Source of the DNA: Gilvimarinus chinensis DSM 19667
Lineage (GTDB): Bacteria; Pseudomonadota; Gammaproteobacteria; Pseudomonadales; Cellvibrionaceae
NCBI RefSeq assembly: GCF_000377745.1
Contig: NZ_KB898707.1
Span: forward strand, 66,718 to 98,717
Length of the DNA stretch: 32,000 nucleotides
Direction of reading: 5' to 3'
Shown: positions 22,802-30,362 of the stretch, one piece after another
How the letters are laid out: each line of letters opens with the position of its first letter
Numbering within the stretch: position 1 is the first letter of the stretch
Notes under the pieces: model-generated
Told to the model about the DNA's origin: nothing
The model's database searches: none
Seen by the model: the letters and a program-made list of their open reading frames with translations, nothing else
Program-made: the position numbers and the translations under genes

Positions 22802-25180
22802 TTATGGCGCGTTAAAATCTGCTGCTTTGTAGGGCGTAGCTCGCCCTTCGGTTTTAGCGCGTACCTTAGCAACCTCAGCTTCGGTATAGGCACTGCCAGA
22901 ATCCAACGTATTGCCCCAACTGTTGCGAATGTAAGTAGCAATAGCGGCCAAGCCCTTATCACTAATATCCGCCCGAGCGGCAAAGCCCGGCATCACCGCT
23001 TGGGTATTCCAGTAGTGCACATCCACCCAAATTGGGCCGCTTAAGCCGTGTAACAAGACTTTAGCCAAGGTCTCTTTATTGCTTACCCACTGGCTGTTCC
23101 AAAAGGTTGGCCCCAGCCCCGGCACCCCATTACCGTGCTCACCATGGCAACCGGCGCAGGCGGTGCGACCATTGTACAGTTTTTTGCCCTGGTCATAGAG
23201 CGCTTTACCCGCCGCGGAGAGTTGCTCGCGGTTGGTAGCATCCTGACGTTTTCTGCCCAGATTATTGAGTGCATACATTACCTCTGCATCTGGGTAGTCG
23301 CCATCAAGGCTGGCTATAAAAGCGTCGGCATCGTCGCCCAAGCCACTGATAACCGCCTTGCGGGTGTAGGGTTTCTCAAGATAGGTGTCTAACACCTGCT
23401 TTGACACATCGGTACCACCTTTAATGGCCGATACCGATATAGCCGCCTGCAATGCGCGCGGATAACCCGACTGCGCGAGATTGAGCAACAGCGTGTGATA
23501 TGTTTTGTGATCTTTTTGGGGCAAGGATTCCCCGACCGCAGCGGCCGCCATGGCCACATGGTCGTTTTCACTATTTATAAAAGCTTTAACCGTGGCAAGA
23601 TCGATTTCGTCCAAACCGTATAGGGTCCAAAGACTATTCACAATGCCCACAGGATCTTGTAATTGTTCAAGCTGTTTGCGAATCAATGTCGCACTGGACC
23701 TAGCATTGCGCTCTACCAATAACCGACGCGCGGTATCTCGCTGCCAGGCGTTAGGGTGTGCCAGTAAGGCAACTAAATCGCCGTTGTTAGCCGCCGCTAG
23801 GTTGGGCACTTTAGCCGCGTCATTGGCCTGCCAGCGCAAACGGTAAATACGCCCTATGGTGTTATTGTTTTTGTCCAGTTCGCGGTCATCAATTTGCGCC
23901 GCAAGATAACTGGTTAAAAACTCTTTGTGCTGCAAGATGCCGTGGTACATATCCAGTATGTACACCGTGCCGTCGGGCGCATTGTACAAATTAACGGGCC
24001 GAAAACGCTCATCCGTCGAGGTAAACAACTCTTGCTCGGGGTAAACGGGCTTGCCCGTAAGCTCCCCTTTCCCTTCGTTAATAAAACGTGCACTGATTAA
24101 ATTGGCGGCGGGCTCCGGGGTTAACCCCATACCGTAAAACTTTTGCGGGAAATTACTGCCACGGTACACCAGGCTGCCACTGGCGGCGGTGAAGCCTACA
24201 AGCTTGCCGCGGTCAGGCCCCTCGGCCACCAGCATGCCCTCCATATAACCGCGGTTAATGCCGGGGTTCATACGGCCCGGATAAACGTAAATATCACCAA
24301 TAGAATGGGCCGGCATTTCGGGCCAATAACCCGGGTTTTTTCGCAGCGAACCCGGTCGTAGATACTCACCATGAATAGGCGAACTATTGCCGTTGTGATA
24401 CAGACGCCCATAATCATCCATGCTTAAGCCCCACTGGCCGCGATAATCCGTTTCGGCGCGCACCAACTTCCAGTACTGATTGCGATAAATCTCTTCGCCA
24501 CCTTCTGGCAGCTCAGCCCTAAGCGGCAGTGTCTGATATTTTTTGTTGCTTTTTGCGTTGTAATACCAATTGTCGATACCGTAGAGCATGGTATTGGGTT
24601 TGTGCTCAACATTGCCGCCCTCAGCGTACGTCGGGTCCACCACCTCACGAATACCCGGGGTTAGAACACCGTCTTTTTCCAGCACCTCGGTAAAGTACAG
24701 GGATGTATGGTCCGCGTAAAAAATACCTCCTTCCACCAGTGAAATCGTGCGCGGCAAAATAATATCGCTAAGGAAAATACGACGCTTATCGACAACACCA
24801 TCGCCATCGGTGTCTTCGAGCACAGCGATATTACCCTCGGGCTTCATCTCCCCGTTACCGCGTACATCGGGCATATAGGTGGTCATCTCGGCCACCCACA
24901 TCCGGCCTTTGGCATCAAAACTCATGGCAACCGGGTTAAACACATTGGGCTCTGAAGCCACGGGCTCCACCACAAACCCCGGCTGTAGGTTAAAGCTTTT
25001 TAGCGCCTTCTCTACGCTCAGTACCGGCGCTTCGGGAATTTCGTGTTTAGGGATAACATCGCGCATTTCATGACCGTCGCGATCCCCTTTAAAGCCTGTA
25101 TCCGACTCTTCGGCCACGACCGTCATTGCGCCCAGTAAAACCACGCTTAAGGCGGGCACAATACGTCTTAGCAGTTTCAT
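22802..25180 (-). CDS. PVC-type heme-binding CxxCH protein: membrane-bound-dehydrogenase-like beta-propeller, HEAT-like region and C-terminal cytochrome c
   Basis: I prefer ATG 25180 (MKLLRRIVPALSVVLLGAMTVVA signal peptide), 1 nt after the stop of the upstream gene. The N-terminal blocks are FNLQPGFVVEPVASEP..NPVAMSFDAKGRMWVAE and DTDGDGVVDKRRIF. The C-terminal heme site is CAGCHGEHGNG. Confidence 0.8.
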   Translation of the reverse strand: MKLLRRIVPALSVVLLGAMTVVAEESDTGFKGDRDGHEMRDVIPKHEIPEAPVLSVEKALKSFNLQPGFVVEPVASEPNVFNPVAMSFDAKGRMWVAEMTTYMPDVRGNGEMKPEGNIAVLEDTDGDGVVDKRRIFLSDIILPRTISLVEGGIFYADHTSLYFTEVLEKDGVLTPGIREVVDPTYAEGGNVEHKPNTMLYGIDNWYYNAKSNKKYQTLPLRAELPEGGEEIYRNQYWKLVRAETDYRGQWGLSMDDYGRLYHNGNSSPIHGEYLRPGSLRKNPGYWPEMPAHSIGDIYVYPGRMNPGINRGYMEGMLVAEGPDRGKLVGFTAASGSLVYRGSNFPQKFYGMGLTPEPAANLISARFINEGKGELTGKPVYPEQELFTSTDERFRPVNLYNAPDGTVYILDMYHGILQHKEFLTSYLAAQIDDRELDKNNNTIGRIYRLRWQANDAAKVPNLAAANNGDLVALLAHPNAWQRDTARRLLVERNARSSATLIRKQLEQLQDPVGIVNSLWTLYGLDEIDLATVKAFINSENDHVAMAAAAVGESLPQKDHKTYHTLLLNLAQSGYPRALQAAISVSAIKGGTDVSKQVLDTYLEKPYTRKAVISGLGDDADAFIASLDGDYPDAEVMYALNNLGRKRQDATNREQLSAAGKALYDQGKKLYNGRTACAGCHGEHGNGVPGLGPTFWNSQWVSNKETLAKVLLHGLSGPIWVDVHYWNTQAVMPGFAARADISDKGLAAIATYIRNSWGNTLDSGSAYTEAEVAKVRAKTEGRATPYKAADFNAP

Positions 25181-25181
25181 G

Positions 25182-25880
25182 CTAGTGCTCTTCGATGGAA
25201 ATATTGCGGAATTTAACGGTATAGGCGGTATCGCCAGTTTGCGCAAAGCCCTGACTGCCGTGATGCTGAATGCCGATAAAGCCTTCGCTTAGGTGTGTAT
25301 CCTTAACGTGGGTGGTTAACACGTCGTTCACCCAGATTTTTATGTCGGGCCCACGGGCGCTAATTTTGTAATGGTTCCATTGACCTGCTTTAAACGCGGC
25401 GGCTTTCTCTTCTGTCCACTCGGGCGAATAGTTTTCTTTTAGGTGCTCGCCTGGCGCCGAGCGCTCTGGGTGCGCGGGAAACAACCACTGCCGCGGGGTC
25501 GCCTGCTCGTATAAACCGCCGCTCCAGCGGCGATCGGAAGGATCTACCTCGGCCTGGTAACCGTAGGCAAACTGACTATCAATATCGGCTGAATACTCGG
25601 TTTGCGCGCGAAAAATAATACCCGAGTTAATAAACTCACCCTCCACCTCGGGAACCAACACCTCAAGTTCCAGAGTAAAGTCCCGGTAGCGCTTTTTGGT
25701 AAGCAAAAACCAATTATCGCTTGAGAGAAGATGTATCTCGCTACCCAGCCAGTGGGCCTCGCCAAACGACGATACATTCATCCACAGGTTTTGATCATGA
25801 GTAATATCGACCGGTTCGGCCGATACAGAAAGGCTTTCCATCGCACTCAGCAGTACGGCCGAAAGCAGCGATTTGCACAT
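25182..25880 (-). CDS. DUF1080 (3-keto-disaccharide hydrolase family) secreted protein
   Basis: 232 aa with a signal peptide. The blocks are LLTKKRYRDFTLELE, NSGIIFR, YGYQAEVD, WSGGLY, GQWNHYKISARG, IKIWVND, GFIGIQHHG and VKFRNISI. Confidence 0.85.
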   Translation of the reverse strand: MCKSLLSAVLLSAMESLSVSAEPVDITHDQNLWMNVSSFGEAHWLGSEIHLLSSDNWFLLTKKRYRDFTLELEVLVPEVEGEFINSGIIFRAQTEYSADIDSQFAYGYQAEVDPSDRRWSGGLYEQATPRQWLFPAHPERSAPGEHLKENYSPEWTEEKAAAFKAGQWNHYKISARGPDIKIWVNDVLTTHVKDTHLSEGFIGIQHHGSQGFAQTGDTAYTVKFRNISIEEH

Positions 25881-25900
25881 CGTTTATCCTTATTATTTTG

Positions 25901-26557
25901 TTAGTTGCAGGTCACCTTCTCGGGCGGAAAAGCCGCCAGTCGAGCGCCAGATATTTCCAGTTCTAAGTTCCCGTCAGTATGCAACAACATCATAGAGGTG
26001 AGCTTGGTGAAGTCAATATCCCCCCCTTTAAAGCATTGTAAAGGCAGAGGTAGGCTCACCCACTCTTTTTTTGGCAACTTGCGCAATACGCTTTTTAGTG
26101 GAATAGAGGCCCGGGTCTCCCAATCCCAGTTGCTCTCAAGCGACATAGTCACATGATCATTGGGCCGTTCGAGCACCTTAAGGTCGACCACCAGGGCCGC
26201 CTGGTCTTTAACCTCGGCCAAGTCGATGGAACCAGAGGTGTTAATTAAGGTAACGGTGGACACCGCTTCGTTCTGACCACCCCAGTCGGTCAGCACTTTC
26301 TTTTTGTTCCAGGTAAAACGCACAGCATCACCGTTTTTATCGCGTTTAGCGGGCTCTGCTACTAAACTATTTTTTACCGTGGCACCGGCTTTGTTCTCCA
26401 ATAACACCTGTCCAAACTGCAGGCTTAGCTCCCAGGGTTTGACAGCCTCACCCTGATCAATATAAAAAATATTATGATTCAGCGGTTCTTCGGCATTGGC
26501 GTTTAACGCTAAACAGGCTATCGCGACGATAGTCATCATGTGTTTTATTGTTTTCAT
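25901..26557 (-). CDS. Secreted protein of unknown function; possible galactose-binding-like beta-sandwich
   Basis: 218 aa with signal peptide MKTIKHMMTIVAIACLALNANA. The C-terminal WVSLPLPLQCFKGGDIDFTKLTSMMLLHTDGNLELEISGARL resembles glycan-binding accessory domains of exo-glycosidases (weak, from memory). It lies 18-20 nt from both neighbours. Confidence 0.55.
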   Translation of the reverse strand: MKTIKHMMTIVAIACLALNANAEEPLNHNIFYIDQGEAVKPWELSLQFGQVLLENKAGATVKNSLVAEPAKRDKNGDAVRFTWNKKKVLTDWGGQNEAVSTVTLINTSGSIDLAEVKDQAALVVDLKVLERPNDHVTMSLESNWDWETRASIPLKSVLRKLPKKEWVSLPLPLQCFKGGDIDFTKLTSMMLLHTDGNLELEISGARLAAFPPEKVTCN

Positions 26558-26575
26558 GTTTCACCTCAATATCAA

Positions 26576-29500
26576 TTAATGTCCGACAGTATTTTTTTGT
26601 CCTTTTTGGTTTGCTAAAAACTCAACGATATCCCTGACATTCTCTTTCTCGAGCATTAGCCCCATTGGCGGCATGCCGGAGCCTGAGAAGCTCTGCGAAA
26701 CAATGGCCTCGCGGGGGATGACCTTTTCATCATCGGCGTCGGTCACTACCGTGATACTGGCATCACTCTCGGCGATAAAACGTCCCTCTATCACCTTTCC
26801 ACTGGTGAGCGTTACGCTGGTGCGACCAAACCCCGGGGCTACCCGCGCGCCCGGGGCCACCATCGCCTCGATTAACTGACGGCGTGTTAGGCGGCTACCA
26901 ATATCGGTAAGCTCGGGCCCCACTGGTGAACCAAAATCGCCCATCACATGACAACGAATACACTGGGCCGTGGTGTTGTAAAAGAAAAACAGTTTGCCCA
27001 TATGGGCATCCCCGCCCTTTAGTGTCTCGATATACTGGGCGGTCATATCACCGGCGGGTTTAGTTTGCTGATACGCCTGCAACAATGTTTGCACCTTGGC
27101 GCTTTGTTTAGTGCCTGCCGCCTGCACCAACTCCAGCTGTACCTCGGGGGCAATACGATCGTCCAACAACGCTTGCAGTTGCCGTGCAATTAAAGCATCA
27201 GCTTCGGGAGCATTAATTTTTGCCAGCGAGGTGTAAGTTTCTTGCTGCTCGCCAAAGCCGCCTTTTTGCAACAACAGCTGGTACATTTGCACTTTGTCGG
27301 CGACGGCAATATCCAGCTCGGGTATCAAACCCAGCGCGGCGCGGCGTACACTCTCGGCGCTGTCTTCTAGCGCTAAAAACACCGCCGCTTTGAGGTCGCT
27401 AAAATCCAACCGGTGCAAGTTCTCCAGCGCCGCGCGGCGCACCCCGGCCGCGCTGTCTTCTTGCACCAAAGCGGCCAAGGTAGCCCCTGCCTCACGGATA
27501 CCCAAACGGCCCACGGCATTGGCGGCCGCCTCGCGCAACTCTGGCTCGGGAGCCTTAAGCAAACTGGCGTATTGAGGCTCAAGCGCCGCCACCGCGATAG
27601 TGGCCTCGGCAGGTCGCTCACCCCGGTAAATACCACTCACCCGGTCGTAAACAGACGGCTTTTGCCACACGCTTAAGGCATTGAGCGCCTCGGCGCGTAC
27701 CACCGCCGAATATTGTTTGTTCGATGCAAAGGCCACCAACCGCTGCGCACTTTGCGCATCGGCTATAAACGCGTTGGCGTTAATCGCACGGCGCAGTAAA
27801 GGCTCGTTGCTAAAGTGTGGAGCGGGCAACAACTGAGCCAGCGCCGGTAGCGCTTCTTCGACAAACGTAGCGTCGTTAATAGCTCGGGCAGCGTTGGTTA
27901 CTACATACTGGTTATCGTCCTGTAAAAATTTAGCAAGCTGCGGGCTCGCCAGCCGGTTTAACGCAATAACCGCGGCCACACGTACCGCTACCGAGGGGTG
28001 CTCGGCTAACTCACCCAAGGCTTGCTCTTGCCCTAAACGCGCCAAGGCAATGGCACCTGCCTGGCGCAGGTAGACATCACTGTCGTTGTTGTCCTGCAGC
28101 ATCGCCACAATCGCCGCGAAGGATGAGGTCGCACCAATGCGCCCCAGCGCCTGGGCGGCAAACATCCGCACTCGCGCGTTAGGGTGGGTCAGATTATGAC
28201 GCAACGCGGATTCTGCGTTTGGATAAGGCGTATCACCCAGCACCTTGGCGGCCTGCACCCGGATCTCGTCATCGGTGTCTTGCAGCAAGGGCACTAACGG
28301 TTCGGCAAGCTGTGGGTCGTGCCGCGCCAACTGGCCCAACCCCCAAATGGCGTGAATACGCCCCAGTTGCGACTCATCCGTCAAGGCCGCCATCAGGCTT
28401 TGCTGGTCACCGCGCTCCGCTAACTCAAACTGCGCTTTACTGCGCACGCGCTGATCGGGGTGGGATAAATAGGCCGTTAACTGTGTAGCGGTCAGCTCGT
28501 TAAACGATTGTTGCAATAGCTGCTGGGTTTGCGCTCGCAATGAGTGCGGTGTATCGGCATCCAGTTTCCAGATACGACCGGTATTATTAACTTTCCAGCC
28601 ATCGACCCAGTCGGCCGCATAGAGCGCACCGTCCGGGCCTACATCCAGGCCTGTCGCCTGGATGCCGCGCAAAAAGGTTTTATCTTCGCCGAGCTTAAAG
28701 CCGGCGCCGTCGGGCTCTAAGGTAAAAGCGTTAATACCCGAGTTGCCGGGCGAGCCGGTAAACTGAACCAGAAAAAAGTAATCTTGCCACGTCTCATTTA
28801 GCGCTGTGCCTGGGTTATAAACCATGCCGGTAGGGCCGCCGTAGAACGGTTTAATCGGCGGTAATATCAGTGCCGACTGTTCGGCAAATCGGCTTTTGTG
28901 GTAGCCCTCATCGGTCCAGACTTTGTAGCTGTTATTGGTGGGGTCAGTGTATTTGCCAAATTGCCAGTGGGTGCGCCAGCCGGTATCCGACCCATCTATC
29001 AAATACACCAACCGCTCAAACTCACCGGCATGATCGCCGTCGTTATCAGAGCTAATTAAATTTCCGTATTTGTCGAAGGTAAATTCATGGGTATTACGCA
29101 GGCCTGTGGCAAAAACCTCAAAGTTGCTGCCATCGGGCTCACTGCGCACAATCACTCCCTCGTGCAGGTGCTTGTGACGCTTGCCTTCCAAATCGGTAAT
29201 GTCGGCACCGATGTCGCCTACGCCATAGTAGATACGCCCATCAGGGCCTTTAGTGACCCCAGACATATTATGACCACTAAAGCCGATGTGTACGCCAAAA
29301 CCCTCGGCCAGGGACATTTTCTGATCCAGATAGCCATCGCCGGTGCTGTCACTAGCGCGCCAGGCGTTGGGGGCGACGGTTAAATAGACCGAGTCGGTGG
29401 AGTTATCGTAGTAAACGCCCCCCAGCACATCACTCACCAGCGATGAAAAGTCCTCTAACACGGTTTGAGCCCGATCGGCGTACCCGTCTCCATCGGTGTC

Positions 29501-30016
29501 AGATACTTTTAACACTTCTTCTTTGATGACCGCCAAGTCGCGCCAATCATGCTTCCCATCGCTATTGCGATCGGGGACATCGTCCGGCCCCAAATTGTTG
29601 GACTCAGCAAAGAATTGTTTTAAAAATTCAGCGCGCTCGGCCACCGAAGTAAACGACAATGTATCGGCGTGCCACTGGGGCCAGCCACGAATATCAAATT
29701 CAGAATTATTGCTGCGGTTAGTTACTGCTACCCATGCATTACCCTGCCAGTCCATGCTCAGGGCGACAGGATCACCTAATAACTCATTATCAGCCCAAAG
29801 GTCTATGCTCAGTGAATGCTCGAGCTCTACTGGTGTTTGCCGACTCACGTCTAAAGCCGATCTATGCACATCCTCACGGCTTAACTGAACCACCTTGTCC
29901 AAGCGTTGACCGTCGCCAAGTGTTATCGGTGAAAGTTGCAAGCCGCAACATAAGATTAAACAGCGAATCGGTACAAGATGGTCTACTAAGCCCCCAAGGG
30001 TATTTTTTTTTATCAT
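26576..30016 (-). CDS. Large PVC-type heme-binding CxxCH protein: dehydrogenase-like beta-propeller, long HEAT-repeat region and C-terminal cytochrome c
   Basis: ATG 30016 has GGAG 8 nt upstream (the track uses TTG 30022). The N-terminal blocks are DPVALSMDWQGNAWVA, DTDGDGYAD, GLRNTHEFTFDKYGNLISSDNDGD and YGGPTGMVYNPG. A central array has many HEAT-like repeats (VRVQAAKVLG, VRMFAAQALG, VRVAAVIALN, VRRAALENL, VRRAALGLI). The C-terminal heme site is CIRCHVMGDFG. Confidence 0.8.
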   Translation of the reverse strand: MIKKNTLGGLVDHLVPIRCLILCCGLQLSPITLGDGQRLDKVVQLSREDVHRSALDVSRQTPVELEHSLSIDLWADNELLGDPVALSMDWQGNAWVAVTNRSNNSEFDIRGWPQWHADTLSFTSVAERAEFLKQFFAESNNLGPDDVPDRNSDGKHDWRDLAVIKEEVLKVSDTDGDGYADRAQTVLEDFSSLVSDVLGGVYYDNSTDSVYLTVAPNAWRASDSTGDGYLDQKMSLAEGFGVHIGFSGHNMSGVTKGPDGRIYYGVGDIGADITDLEGKRHKHLHEGVIVRSEPDGSNFEVFATGLRNTHEFTFDKYGNLISSDNDGDHAGEFERLVYLIDGSDTGWRTHWQFGKYTDPTNNSYKVWTDEGYHKSRFAEQSALILPPIKPFYGGPTGMVYNPGTALNETWQDYFFLVQFTGSPGNSGINAFTLEPDGAGFKLGEDKTFLRGIQATGLDVGPDGALYAADWVDGWKVNNTGRIWKLDADTPHSLRAQTQQLLQQSFNELTATQLTAYLSHPDQRVRSKAQFELAERGDQQSLMAALTDESQLGRIHAIWGLGQLARHDPQLAEPLVPLLQDTDDEIRVQAAKVLGDTPYPNAESALRHNLTHPNARVRMFAAQALGRIGATSSFAAIVAMLQDNNDSDVYLRQAGAIALARLGQEQALGELAEHPSVAVRVAAVIALNRLASPQLAKFLQDDNQYVVTNAARAINDATFVEEALPALAQLLPAPHFSNEPLLRRAINANAFIADAQSAQRLVAFASNKQYSAVVRAEALNALSVWQKPSVYDRVSGIYRGERPAEATIAVAALEPQYASLLKAPEPELREAAANAVGRLGIREAGATLAALVQEDSAAGVRRAALENLHRLDFSDLKAAVFLALEDSAESVRRAALGLIPELDIAVADKVQMYQLLLQKGGFGEQQETYTSLAKINAPEADALIARQLQALLDDRIAPEVQLELVQAAGTKQSAKVQTLLQAYQQTKPAGDMTAQYIETLKGGDAHMGKLFFFYNTTAQCIRCHVMGDFGSPVGPELTDIGSRLTRRQLIEAMVAPGARVAPGFGRTSVTLTSGKVIEGRFIAESDASITVVTDADDEKVIPREAIVSQSFSGSGMPPMGLMLEKENVRDIVEFLANQKGQKNTVGH

Positions 30017-30196
30017 TATCAATTCTCCACATAGTTATACTTTTACGTATAGCTATTAACAGCCAAAATTTAATTATTAAAGCTTATGATTCTTGAGCGC
30101 AAAGTCGGTTGAAGAGAGTGACATAATAACCCTCACCCCGAATCCGAACTTTGGTCGATTTGCGTCCGCCATTTCTAATACTTTATCCCACACCCA

Positions 30197-30244
30197 TTTT
30201 GTATACAATCTTCTATTGACAATGATTGTATTATCTTCGATTAT
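30197..30244 (+). promoter_or_regulatory. Candidate operator (TTTTGTATACAAT) next to a candidate promoter of the TonB-dependent receptor gene
   Basis: The 13-mer at 30197-30209 is identical to 16106-16118. TTGACA lies at 30216-30221, then a 17 nt spacer, then GATTAT at 30239-30244. Confidence 0.35.
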
Positions 30245-30362
30245 CTACATTGGGACACAAAGAATGCGGGCTAATACCGATAAACCGCGCCCTACTTGCT
30301 AATCTTCGTCATAGTTTTGGCGGTTAAAGCATAAAAATAATGAACAATCAGAGAGGTCAGAG

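Noticed and set aside
22735-22983. Minus-strand 82 aa ORF overlapping the terminator and the 3' end of the heme-protein gene.
   Set aside because: It lies out of frame within a supported gene and runs through a terminator hairpin.
30093-30302. 69 aa TTG-initiated ORF in the divergent control region.
   Set aside because: It has no RBS and uses a non-ATG start. It spans the predicted operator and promoter of the receptor gene, and the hydrophobic stretch is explained by AT-rich sequence.
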